A DNA stretch of 64,000 nucleotides from Candidatus Micrarchaeota archaeon CG1_02_47_40 (GTDB taxonomy: Archaea; Micrarchaeota; Micrarchaeia; Anstonellales; CG1-02-47-40), in contig MNVE01000003.1 of the NCBI GenBank assembly GCA_001871475.1, positions 6,630 through 70,629 on the forward strand. Direction: 5' to 3'. Below the pieces are notes generated by a model that saw nothing but the letters and a program-made list of their open reading frames with translations, did not search any database and was not told the origin of the DNA. A program made the translations under genes and the position numbers. Of this stretch, positions 27,629 through 36,745 are shown piece by piece (positions within the stretch are counted from its first letter, which is position 1; every line of letters begins with the position of its first letter).

Positions 27629-29707
27629 ATGCATGATAATCAGAAGAGCATGAAAGCACTAACGTATTTAGCCGTATTTGCGTTTCTTTTCACCTCTGCC
27701 TGCTTTTCCTTCTCCCCATCCGATTACCTTTATTCAAGCGAGCCTGCCTCAACCATCACAAGCATAAAATTCATCCTGAACGGCACAAATTACGAGCTCG
27801 TTTCCTTTGGCGGGGTTGAAACCTTCCTGCTTGCAAACTCCACTCCCCTGAATGAAACTGCCAAGATAGAGCCGGTAATGAGCGCATATTCAATGCTTTA
27901 TATCTACCCAAACCAGTCCGAAATAGATGCCGCAAGGCTTGCTTTAATAAAATTCAACGACTCGCGCAACTACAATACCTCATTAACTGGTAAAAAAGGA
28001 GCCGAAGACTACTGCGAGCAGTCCCTGACGCTTAAAGCAATGCCCTGCAGAAACATCTCAACCTGCTACATGACTGCCACCCTGACATGCATGCGCTACG
28101 ACCCGGGCAGCTGCGACGTTGCCATGCTTGCAAACGCCACGCTGGAATTCGCGCTTGCCACAACTGCGCTTGATGATGAGGTGGAATACGCAAACTCCGC
28201 CTTCCTCTCAATGAATTTCAATAACATAGTGGGAAAGCTAAATGACATTTCAGCAGAAGTGCCCAACATGAGAAAGAATGCCGATGCAATAATAGGAAGC
28301 AAGCTGCGTTATGACCCTACTTGCGGCACATGCTATGCCTTCTGTCCAATAATCCCAATAGACCTAAATGCCCTCAACGATGCAAGCGCGAAAACAAATA
28401 CGCTCAAAACGAAAGTGGCGGTGATTTCAAACATACACAAAACTTCCGAGCAGATTGCAAACTTCACGAAAAGCCGGCTTGAGCGCAAAGTGAATACAGT
28501 GCTTTCAGGCTCATACGGGAAAACATTCACGGATTTGCAGGCGCAGGTGCGCAACACGATAGACTCTGCGCTGGAAGCGCAAAAACTCGTCTACGACGCC
28601 TCATTCAACAAGGACGTTTCGGAAATCGGGGAGCTGACGCTTGACATACAGCAGAGCATCTCATCAAACCGCTTCATGGGGCTGAATGCGGACTTTGAGC
28701 AGTACCGCATAATCACAAACCGCCTTAATAACACACTCAAAAATTTCACAGAGCCATACGATTCCACAATGGCGATAAAGGAAAACGTAAGCTCAATGCT
28801 GATTATGGCAGAATGGGTGACGGACAGGACGAACCTTGAGGAGGTTACGCAATACAACCAGCTCAAGATAGACGAATACGCAATAGGCAAGCAGTTCAAG
28901 CCGCCCATGTCCATCTCCTCCTACCGCACCCTTTATTACAATTATTCCACTCTTATGAATGAAACGCAGTCATACATGGGCAGGCATGTATCCGCAAAGA
29001 ACACCCTCTACTGGCTTGTCGGAAATATAGGAAGGGCATCAGTTGACGGAGTGCTGAAGCTGACAGACCCCTTCATGGAAGTGAATTACCAGACGAGGAA
29101 AACGTATTCATCAATAATTCCTCCAATCCTTCTCATCTTAACTGACTTCTCACTAATCTCGCTTGCACTTGTAGTGTTTGCGGGATTAATCGTGCGCATG
29201 AGAAAGTACTTCATCCGCAGGATAATACTCCTTGGGTGGGCGGCTGTGCTCTTAACATTCATAATGGTGCTTGCAATCGCCTCGCTTGGCTTTTACTCCC
29301 TCCTAAACTCCGCCTCTCACGCCGCAACCTTCTCCGAGTTTGGCAGCGAGCTTTCAAAATACAATGAGAGCGTAATCATCATTGACTCTTCAAACTCAAC
29401 AGCCGGCGCAGCCGCCTCCTTAAACTCGTGCGCAGGCAAAGTGGCGCTAGCTCTTTCCAAGCTCAACATAAGCGCAGTGCAATACTCAATTGACGGCGCT
29501 GTCTGCCGCTATGGAACCGCCCCGACAGTGCAGACAACAACGGAGGAGTGCTGGAAGCTCATCGGCGACGTTCCGGTATTCACGCTTGCATATTCGCCGA
29601 AGAACACCACCCCGCAGTTCTCGGTAGTATACACAAAAGAGGTGCTGGTCGCAGGCGACGCGCGCTACATAAGCCGCTGCGATCTTGCAAACGTCCTCAA
29701 AGGCTGA
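27629..29707 (+). CDS. Hypothetical secreted/membrane protein with Cys-rich and helical regions
   Basis: Signal peptide (likely start ATG 27650); two TM helices near aa 500-560; Cys-containing C-terminal domain. Confidence 0.7.
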   Translation: MHDNQKSMKALTYLAVFAFLFTSACFSFSPSDYLYSSEPASTITSIKFILNGTNYELVSFGGVETFLLANSTPLNETAKIEPVMSAYSMLYIYPNQSEIDAARLALIKFNDSRNYNTSLTGKKGAEDYCEQSLTLKAMPCRNISTCYMTATLTCMRYDPGSCDVAMLANATLEFALATTALDDEVEYANSAFLSMNFNNIVGKLNDISAEVPNMRKNADAIIGSKLRYDPTCGTCYAFCPIIPIDLNALNDASAKTNTLKTKVAVISNIHKTSEQIANFTKSRLERKVNTVLSGSYGKTFTDLQAQVRNTIDSALEAQKLVYDASFNKDVSEIGELTLDIQQSISSNRFMGLNADFEQYRIITNRLNNTLKNFTEPYDSTMAIKENVSSMLIMAEWVTDRTNLEEVTQYNQLKIDEYAIGKQFKPPMSISSYRTLYYNYSTLMNETQSYMGRHVSAKNTLYWLVGNIGRASVDGVLKLTDPFMEVNYQTRKTYSSIIPPILLILTDFSLISLALVVFAGLIVRMRKYFIRRIILLGWAAVLLTFIMVLAIASLGFYSLLNSASHAATFSEFGSELSKYNESVIIIDSSNSTAGAAASLNSCAGKVALALSKLNISAVQYSIDGAVCRYGTAPTVQTTTEECWKLIGDVPVFTLAYSPKNTTPQFSVVYTKEVLVAGDARYISRCDLANVLKG

Positions 29708-29711
29708 TTTT

Positions 29712-30185
29712 ATGGCGCTTGAAAAGAGAACCCAGAACGCGATACTCATATTCCTCCTTGCAGTCGTGCTTCTGCTTGCCGCTCTTTTTTTCCTAAAAAA
29801 CCAGGACAATGAAATAACCACGGAAGAATTTCTAAAGTCAGTAGAAAGTTCAGAGAAGTTTGTGCTGGTGCAGGATTTGAGGGGCGCTGAAAATACGGAG
29901 CAGAGGCGCGCTGTAATAAACTGCGGAATTGACCTGGCAGGCTCCTTAGGCTTACTTGGAAAGGAGCCGGAAAACATAAAAATAGCCGCTTACGAGGGGG
30001 AGAACTGCATCATTGAGAACAGGACAACGTCAATTGCAGAATGCGAGCCGCTGAAATGGGGCGCGATAGCATTCAATGTAAAGTACGGGCAGGAAGGCAC
30101 CAAATTCTACCCAAACCGCGCAGAAATAGAAGTTTCTCCCATATATGGGGGAAGGTGCCTGATAAGCGCGGGGCAGGCAGAGTGA
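29712..30185 (+). CDS. Hypothetical membrane-anchored protein, paralogous to C-terminal domain of upstream gene
   Basis: N-terminal TM helix; shared EF..v.v.D..C..C..T..EC..F...Y..C pattern. Confidence 0.7.
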   Translation: MALEKRTQNAILIFLLAVVLLLAALFFLKNQDNEITTEEFLKSVESSEKFVLVQDLRGAENTEQRRAVINCGIDLAGSLGLLGKEPENIKIAAYEGENCIIENRTTSIAECEPLKWGAIAFNVKYGQEGTKFYPNRAEIEVSPIYGGRCLISAGQAE

Positions 30186-30195
30186 GTTTTTGAAT

Positions 30196-31434
30196 ATGGA
30201 AACCCTTTTGCAGAGGATAAGGCGGCTTTCAGGCGACGAATACTCACAAGTCCGCAAGGCAGTCGTCGCATACTCGGGGGGAGTTGATTCAACTGCGACT
30301 GCCCTTCTTCTTGGCGAGCTTGGGATTGAAGTTATAACCGTCAGCCTGGATTTGGGGCAGGGCATTTCGCAGGCAAAGAGGAATGCGCCTCTTGTTTCCA
30401 AAAAGAATTTCTTCTTTGATGCGAAAGAGCAATTGCTTGAATACGCAAAAAAGGCAGTCTGGGCAAACAGCATGTTCAAAGGGCACCCAAACGGGGAAGG
30501 GCTCTCAAGGCCGCTCATTGCGCTCTATCTTGTCCAAGCTGCTGAAAAGGAGGGGGCGCAGGCGGTTGTGCACGGCTCTTCCGGGGTTGGCAACGACCAG
30601 TTCAGGATGGACAATGCGATAAGGGTGCTTGCGCCGCAGCTTCACATAATCGCCCCGGTGCGCGACTGGAATCTCTCAAGGGAGGATTCGGTTTCCTACC
30701 TGCAAAAAAGAAAGGTGAAAATCAAAATAGAAGGGAAGAAGCCCTTTTCAGTGGATGAAAACTTCTGGTGCCGCACCATACGCTACGGAGCGCTTTCCGA
30801 GGATGATTTTGGAGTTCCGCAGGAAGCATATGCCTGGACATGTGCCCCCTCGGCGTGTCCTTCTCTGCCAGTGAAGGTTTCTTTCCAGTTTGAAAACGGC
30901 TTTCCCACCAAGGCAATAATCGGGGAGGGAAAGGGAAAAAAGGAATTTTCAGGCGTTCCCATGTTTGAGGCGCTCAATAAAATAGGGGGGGAGAACGGAA
31001 TAGGCAGGCAAAACTGCATAGAAGATAAAATAGTCGGGCTCAAGTCGCATGAAGTGTTTGAGTGCCCTGCTGCCAGCATAATCAGCTTTGCGCATAAAGA
31101 GCTTGAGCGCCTAACCCTAACTTCGGCAGAGCTTGACATGAAGGATTACATTGACCATTCCTGGGCAAGGCTGGTGTTTAGGGGGGGCTGGTACACAAGG
31201 TTGCGCAATTCCACGGAGGCTTTCATTTCGCAGACACAGGGGGCGGTGTGCGGCACAGTGGAGCTTTCTCTCTGCAGGGGCGGCATAACACTGCTTTCAA
31301 TGAAATCCCCGCACGCGCTTTACGATTCGCGCCTCTCCTCGCGCGAGGGAACCTTCAATCAAAGAGATTCGCGCACCTTTGCGAAATTATACGGTCTGCA
31401 GGACGTAATTGCTTATAGGATGGATTTGGAGTAG
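30196..31434 (+). CDS. argG: Argininosuccinate synthase
   Basis: VVAYSGGVDS, LSRPLIA, HGSSGVGNDQFR, FSVDENFW, GLKSHEVFECPA. Confidence 0.93.
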   Translation: METLLQRIRRLSGDEYSQVRKAVVAYSGGVDSTATALLLGELGIEVITVSLDLGQGISQAKRNAPLVSKKNFFFDAKEQLLEYAKKAVWANSMFKGHPNGEGLSRPLIALYLVQAAEKEGAQAVVHGSSGVGNDQFRMDNAIRVLAPQLHIIAPVRDWNLSREDSVSYLQKRKVKIKIEGKKPFSVDENFWCRTIRYGALSEDDFGVPQEAYAWTCAPSACPSLPVKVSFQFENGFPTKAIIGEGKGKKEFSGVPMFEALNKIGGENGIGRQNCIEDKIVGLKSHEVFECPAASIISFAHKELERLTLTSAELDMKDYIDHSWARLVFRGGWYTRLRNSTEAFISQTQGAVCGTVELSLCRGGITLLSMKSPHALYDSRLSSREGTFNQRDSRTFAKLYGLQDVIAYRMDLE

Positions 31435-31573
31435 AGGGAAGTCCTTATTTTGAAAAAATCCGATATTTTCTCATTTTTCCCCTCTTTTTTCAAAATTTTC
31501 CCTTCTTTTTCACATCCCTTTTAAAGCTTATTTTTTCATATAAAATAACCAATAAATATTTCTTTAGAGGAGA

Positions 31574-33301
31574 GTGGGAAGGATGGCTGAACTAAAAACC
31601 GGTCAGGCGCCAAATGGTCAAAATATTGCCGCTTCAAACGGAGTCAAGACATTTTTCAACACATTCATCAGCGGCAATAATAGGACTTTTCTTGAAAACG
31701 ACTGGAGAAAAACAATGGGCAAAAACGGGGAGAATTTTTTTGGAAAGCCTCCTGCGGAGCAGAACAGACTTTTTGTTTTATTTGCAGGGCAAGCCAGGGA
31801 ATACGGAATCCCGCGCATGGAAAAGCTGAAATTCATACGCGAAAAGCAGTACGAGCACCGCATAAAACATCCGCAGGAGATGGGAAAAAACCAGCTCCCA
31901 TGCCTTGTTTTCATAACAAACGGACCAAGTGCGCACAGGGCATTCAACAACAGGTTCAAATACACTGAAAACGGAACACTTTTTAACGGAACTTTTGCGC
32001 TTGCATCAATCTCCGCAAACCCGCAAGAAGCAAAATCAAATCAGGATTTTCAGGCGGTTTATTATATCCTAAATCACAATGCGCATGAAAGTGTAACAAG
32101 AAATAACAATCATATGCCCCCCTACATAATCGTCTGCACCCAATGCAAAAACGGCGATGAAGCATCTTTTCTTGAAGCCGCAGAGCTTTCTCTTGCGCGC
32201 ACTAAAAAACTCCGCAAAGACGCAACAAGTGCGGGGCACCTGTTTGTCGGGCGGACATGGAAATTCCAGGTAGGAAAAACAAATGCAAACGTGCATCTGC
32301 CCGCGGTAGTCCATGCCATTGGCGAGAGGCGCTTTTACGTAGTAGAAAAGAAAAAGGGCAGGGGCGGCTTAAAGAAGCTCCCCTTTGAGGATTGGTGCGC
32401 CCAAAAAGGGATTTCAGAACATCCAATAGTCGCAAAACATCTTGAAAATCTCCGCCTTCACGCACAGGATGAACATTATGTGAAGGCGCTTGAGACTGCT
32501 TCTGCATCCGTAATCTGGGAGTGCACGGATTCAAGACGGTTTCCCGAACTGACTGCAACTACATACCGGCTGATTGGCAGCATCCCAAGCGATGAGGAAT
32601 TTTTGAGAATCGCAAAGGACGGCAAGGTAGAAGAGACTGAATTCGTAATACACGTGAAATGCGGCTACATAAACACCGCCGTTGCAATCCACAAAATGTT
32701 TGACGAAATTCTTAATCGCACCACCACCGGAGAAAAACACATCTCAAGAAAAAGAATTTCCGAAGCATTGAAAAGAATTCTTAAGGGAAAAACTCCGAGT
32801 ATGGGCGTAGAAGCGATACTCAACGAGATAGGGGGCGTGAGCGAAACTAACGCAGCGACTTTCAAGAAGCTTTTCGGCTCATCCGACGATTCAACACGTT
32901 CTGTTTTTAGGCACATGTACGCACGCGGGCTTTTTGAAATGAGCGATGGAAAACATCCCCTGCCTTTCATGACTGCGGCGAAAACTGTCGTGGATGCACT
33001 TGAGGGCATCTGCATAAAAAACTCAAAAGTTGTTCTGCCTAACGGTTTGGAGTCATTTCTCATACACGAGCAGATTGCAAGAGAGCTGAAAGACCGGCTT
33101 CTGCTGCTTCTACAAAACCATGCAGAAGAGATAAAATCAGCTCGCACAGACGGCAAGCTTCCGGACATATCCGTTACTATGGCGGGGTTGAGCACCGCAA
33201 GGAAATGGCTCGTGCCTGATGGAATTTCCGCAGACTTAACCCGAACAGATTCAATTTTAAAGGAAATCCTCCAAACCGAATTAATGCAAAAAGAACTTTG
33301 A
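31574..33301 (+). CDS. Hypothetical protein containing a divergent beta-carbonic-anhydrase-like motif set
   Basis: ECTDSR (nt 32522) and HVKCG (nt 32651); directly upstream of a canonical beta-CA. Confidence 0.6.
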   Translation: MGRMAELKTGQAPNGQNIAASNGVKTFFNTFISGNNRTFLENDWRKTMGKNGENFFGKPPAEQNRLFVLFAGQAREYGIPRMEKLKFIREKQYEHRIKHPQEMGKNQLPCLVFITNGPSAHRAFNNRFKYTENGTLFNGTFALASISANPQEAKSNQDFQAVYYILNHNAHESVTRNNNHMPPYIIVCTQCKNGDEASFLEAAELSLARTKKLRKDATSAGHLFVGRTWKFQVGKTNANVHLPAVVHAIGERRFYVVEKKKGRGGLKKLPFEDWCAQKGISEHPIVAKHLENLRLHAQDEHYVKALETASASVIWECTDSRRFPELTATTYRLIGSIPSDEEFLRIAKDGKVEETEFVIHVKCGYINTAVAIHKMFDEILNRTTTGEKHISRKRISEALKRILKGKTPSMGVEAILNEIGGVSETNAATFKKLFGSSDDSTRSVFRHMYARGLFEMSDGKHPLPFMTAAKTVVDALEGICIKNSKVVLPNGLESFLIHEQIARELKDRLLLLLQNHAEEIKSARTDGKLPDISVTMAGLSTARKWLVPDGISADLTRTDSILKEILQTELMQKEL

Positions 33302-33314
33302 AGGTGATTCCCCC

Positions 33315-33902
33315 ATGGAAGACGCATTAGCCAAACTCTTAAAGGGAAACGAGAATTTCGCATGCAACTCCTGCCAGGTGAAAGTTTCTCCTGAAAAAAG
33401 GCAGGAGCTCTGCAAAGGGCAGTGCCCATCCGCGATAGTGCTTGCCTGCTCGGATTCCCGCGTTGCACCGGAAATAATATTTGATGCTTCATTAGGGGAA
33501 ATATTCGTGGTAAGAACCGCAGGCAATGTCCTTGATAAAATCGCGCTCGGCTCAATAGAATATGCCGCCCTGCACCTTCACACCTCCCTAATAATCGTGC
33601 TAGGGCATGAAAAGTGCGGCGCAGTAACTGCCGCCTGCAAGGTGGAAAATGGCGCGCAGGCTGAAAGCCCGAACATTTCAGCAATATGCAAGAAAATCCT
33701 TCCTGCAGTAAAGGCGGCAAAGAAGAAACTTCCTTCCGCAGGCGAGGCGGAGATTATAGAGAAGGCATCGGCAATAAACGTGAAGAAGGTAATCTCCAAG
33801 ATAAGGAAAAGCCATATAATCTCAAAACTTCTCTCTGAAGGCAAAATAAAAATCGTCGGGGCAAAACATTCCATAACCTGCTCAAAAGTTGAAATGCTTT
33901 AA
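33315..33902 (+). CDS. Beta-class carbonic anhydrase
   Basis: CSDSRV, RTAGN, GSIEYA, GHEKCGAV. Confidence 0.95.
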   Translation: MEDALAKLLKGNENFACNSCQVKVSPEKRQELCKGQCPSAIVLACSDSRVAPEIIFDASLGEIFVVRTAGNVLDKIALGSIEYAALHLHTSLIIVLGHEKCGAVTAACKVENGAQAESPNISAICKKILPAVKAAKKKLPSAGEAEIIEKASAINVKKVISKIRKSHIISKLLSEGKIKIVGAKHSITCSKVEML

Positions 33903-33943
33903 TATCTTCCTCCTTTTTATATCCCTTTTTCCTAATCTAACCC

Positions 33944-36679
33944 ATGGATGACAAAAGCAAGGAAACATACAAGCTCAAGAAGCAGCTGCGCGAGCTTGCG
34001 CACCATTCAGGCGGCAGCACCGAGATGATTTCGGTTTACATCCCGCCAGGCTATCCCATATACGAGACTTCAAACAAATTAAAGACAGAGCTGGGGCAGG
34101 CATCAAACATAAAATCAAAGGGCACGAGGAAAAATGTCACCGATTCGCTTGCAAAAATAATAAATTATCTGAAAATGTTTCGAGAAACCCCAAAAAACGG
34201 CATTGCGATATTCTGCGGAAACATCTCAAGCAACCCCGCCAAAACCGACATAGAGCTTTTTTCCATGTCCCCACCCGAACCCTTAAATATACAAATTTAC
34301 CGCTGCGATTCCGCATTCTTTCTGGATCCGATAAGGGATTTGGTTGAGGTGAAGGATACTTACGGAATAGTTGTGCTGGATGGGCGGGAGGCGACGATTG
34401 CAACCGTGAAGGGGAAGTCCATAATCATACTGAAAAGGCTCAACTCAATGGCGCATGCAAAAATAAGGAAAGGGGGGCAGTGCCTTGCGCCAGACACTTT
34501 AATACAGCTTGCAAGCGGCGAACTTTCCCACATTTCCGAAGCACATGCCGGCTCCCTGATAAAGGCGGCAAACCTTCAGGATTTCACATCCACTGATTCA
34601 TTGTGCTCCGACAAATTCACAACGAAGGCGAAAAATGCCTACAAAATAGTGGTTCATGCCCCGAGGATGGAAATAGAAGCGACCGCATGGCACCGCTTTT
34701 TTACTATAACTGAAAACGGAGTGAAGGAAACGTTTGCAAAAGACCTGAAAAGAGGGGACAGGATGCTTATTGCAAGAAAATTAAACCATTCCGGAGCAGA
34801 AGTGAAAACAGAATTCAAACCTTCCTATCGCATGGTTTTAGGGGAAAATGAATTCCTAAAATTGCAGGGAAGAAGAAAAGAGCTTAAATGGCCGCAGAGT
34901 TTAGTGGCAAAAAAACTCGGCATAACTCAAATGGCAGTTTGCAGGATGGAGCGGGGCGAAATTCCGCTTTCTGCAGGCAAGATACGGGAGCTGTACAAAC
35001 TTTACGGGCTGTTCCTTGATGAAAAAAGTTTCAGAGTGCCTTCCGTAAGCCTGCCAGAGTGCTACACCGCGAACCTCTCCTACCTTCTTGGGGTTATTGC
35101 AGGCGACGGCACGCTTGACGGGAACAGAATCATAATTTATGAAAGCTACTCCGAGCTTGCGGAAAAATATGCCCGCATTGCCAAGGAAACGCTCGGGCTT
35201 GAGGCAGTATTGCGCAAGGTGGATAAAACAGGGCAAAAAGGCAGTTTTGCGAAAAAAGAGTATTACGAAATCCGCCTCTACAGCAAAGACTTCGCAGAGT
35301 TTGTAAATTCAGAAATCTCCCAAACAATCTCCTCTTCGGATATAAGATGCGTTCCTTTGCAGATACAAAAGTCCCCTCTAAACGTCCAGGCATCTTTTCT
35401 TTCAGGGCTCTATGATGCCGAAGGATACATTCACGGAAAACGTGTTGAGATTGCAATGCGCTCAAGGGAAATGATGCGCCAGCTGCAGGCAATGCTCCTT
35501 CGCTTCGGCATCTGTGCATCATATGGGGAAAAGGCGGTGAAGGGAAACCCGCAATGGTTCGTCAGCATAAGCGACCTGCAATCCCTTAAGAATTTTGAAA
35601 CGAGCATAGGGTTTTCGAGGGAGGACAAGAAAAACGCGCTTCGAAGAATTGCATCCAGGCGCATGAAGATGCAATTCGTTGATCAGGTGCCTGTTGATGG
35701 CAGGGAGGTTTTCAAATTCGTAAAAACGCTTGGCTTAAAGACAAGCGATTTTCATGCCGCAAGCGATTTTTTCAGGAACAAAAAGCCACTTGGAAGGGAA
35801 GCATTCATAAAAAATATCAGGGGGGTTCTCCTTCAAAGGGCAGAGCGCCTCGGGCAGAAAAAACTGGCGGAAAAAATGCTTGCAAAGTGGCTGCCGGAAC
35901 ACATAGGAGTGGCAAAAGTATCAGAGAAAATTCCGATATGCACGGAGAGAAAATATTTTGACCTGACCGTTCCAAACACTTTCAATTTTGTCGCAAACGG
36001 CTTCATAGTCCACAACAGCGCCCGCAGATTTGAGCGCCTGATAGAAGAAAGCATAGAAAAATATTACAAGCGCATCGGGGAAGCGATGGATACCTATTTT
36101 CTTACGGGAATAAAGGGAGTGGTGGTGGGCGGTCCCGGGCCTGCAAAAGAGTTTTTCATGCAGGCAAAGCCCTTCAACTACCAGATAAAGGTGCTTGGGG
36201 TTGTTGACACCGGCTACACCGACGAATACGGAGTCCGGGAAACCCTGACAAAAAGCTCCGAGCTGATACAGGGGCAGGAACTGCTTGAGGAGAAGAAAAT
36301 AATAGACTCCTTCCTGAAGGAAGTGGCGCACGGAGGGCTTGCAATATATGGAGAGAAAGATGTAAGGGAAGCAATGGAAAGAAAAGCAATCAAGACTCTC
36401 ATGGTTTCGGAAGGGCTGCATTACGTGCGCGCAAAATTGATGAATTCAGCAGGGGAGGAAAAATGGGTGAATGCGCGCGACGAGGAGGAACTGGCAGAGA
36501 AAGCCGAGGCGGAAAAAGGCTTCAAAATAATGGAGAAAAAAGCGCTTCTTGACGATTTGGTTGATTTGGCGGAAGACAAGGGGATTGAGGTGAAAATAAT
36601 CTCAAACGAAACGGAGGAAGGGGCGCAGTTTTTGCAGTCTTTCTACGGAATAGGCGCGTTTTTGCATTATCGAAAGTAG
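33944..36679 (+). CDS. prf1: Peptide chain release factor aRF1, intein-containing
   Basis: NIKS, YRCD, GGQ|intein|SARRFER, GPGPAK, GIGAFLHY; spliced product 399 aa. Confidence 0.96.
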   Translation: MDDKSKETYKLKKQLRELAHHSGGSTEMISVYIPPGYPIYETSNKLKTELGQASNIKSKGTRKNVTDSLAKIINYLKMFRETPKNGIAIFCGNISSNPAKTDIELFSMSPPEPLNIQIYRCDSAFFLDPIRDLVEVKDTYGIVVLDGREATIATVKGKSIIILKRLNSMAHAKIRKGGQCLAPDTLIQLASGELSHISEAHAGSLIKAANLQDFTSTDSLCSDKFTTKAKNAYKIVVHAPRMEIEATAWHRFFTITENGVKETFAKDLKRGDRMLIARKLNHSGAEVKTEFKPSYRMVLGENEFLKLQGRRKELKWPQSLVAKKLGITQMAVCRMERGEIPLSAGKIRELYKLYGLFLDEKSFRVPSVSLPECYTANLSYLLGVIAGDGTLDGNRIIIYESYSELAEKYARIAKETLGLEAVLRKVDKTGQKGSFAKKEYYEIRLYSKDFAEFVNSEISQTISSSDIRCVPLQIQKSPLNVQASFLSGLYDAEGYIHGKRVEIAMRSREMMRQLQAMLLRFGICASYGEKAVKGNPQWFVSISDLQSLKNFETSIGFSREDKKNALRRIASRRMKMQFVDQVPVDGREVFKFVKTLGLKTSDFHAASDFFRNKKPLGREAFIKNIRGVLLQRAERLGQKKLAEKMLAKWLPEHIGVAKVSEKIPICTERKYFDLTVPNTFNFVANGFIVHNSARRFERLIEESIEKYYKRIGEAMDTYFLTGIKGVVVGGPGPAKEFFMQAKPFNYQIKVLGVVDTGYTDEYGVRETLTKSSELIQGQELLEEKKIIDSFLKEVAHGGLAIYGEKDVREAMERKAIKTLMVSEGLHYVRAKLMNSAGEEKWVNARDEEELAEKAEAEKGFKIMEKKALLDDLVDLAEDKGIEVKIISNETEEGAQFLQSFYGIGAFLHYRK
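34481..36016 (+). mobile_element. Intein (512 aa) with XRE-type HTH and LAGLIDADG homing endonuclease
   Basis: Block A CLAPDT, block B ATAWHRF, LLGVIAGDG and FLSGLYDAEG, block F/G YFDLTV..NFVANGFIVHN followed by Ser +1. Confidence 0.95.
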
Positions 36680-36745
36680 GTTCATTTTCATTTTTGCATT
36701 ACAGAACGTAAGCTCAGTTTCATTTTTGCATTACCTAAATTAAGC

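Noticed and set aside
33944-36679. Stop-codon reassignment linked to the interrupted release factor
   Set aside because: Conserved genes end normally in TAA, TAG and TGA with no in-frame stops, and the NIKS and YxCD motifs are intact
36686-36734. 17-bp direct repeat tttcatttttgcattac x2 after prf1
   Set aside because: Only two copies, 15 bp apart, in a convergent terminator region; no evidence of an array or att site
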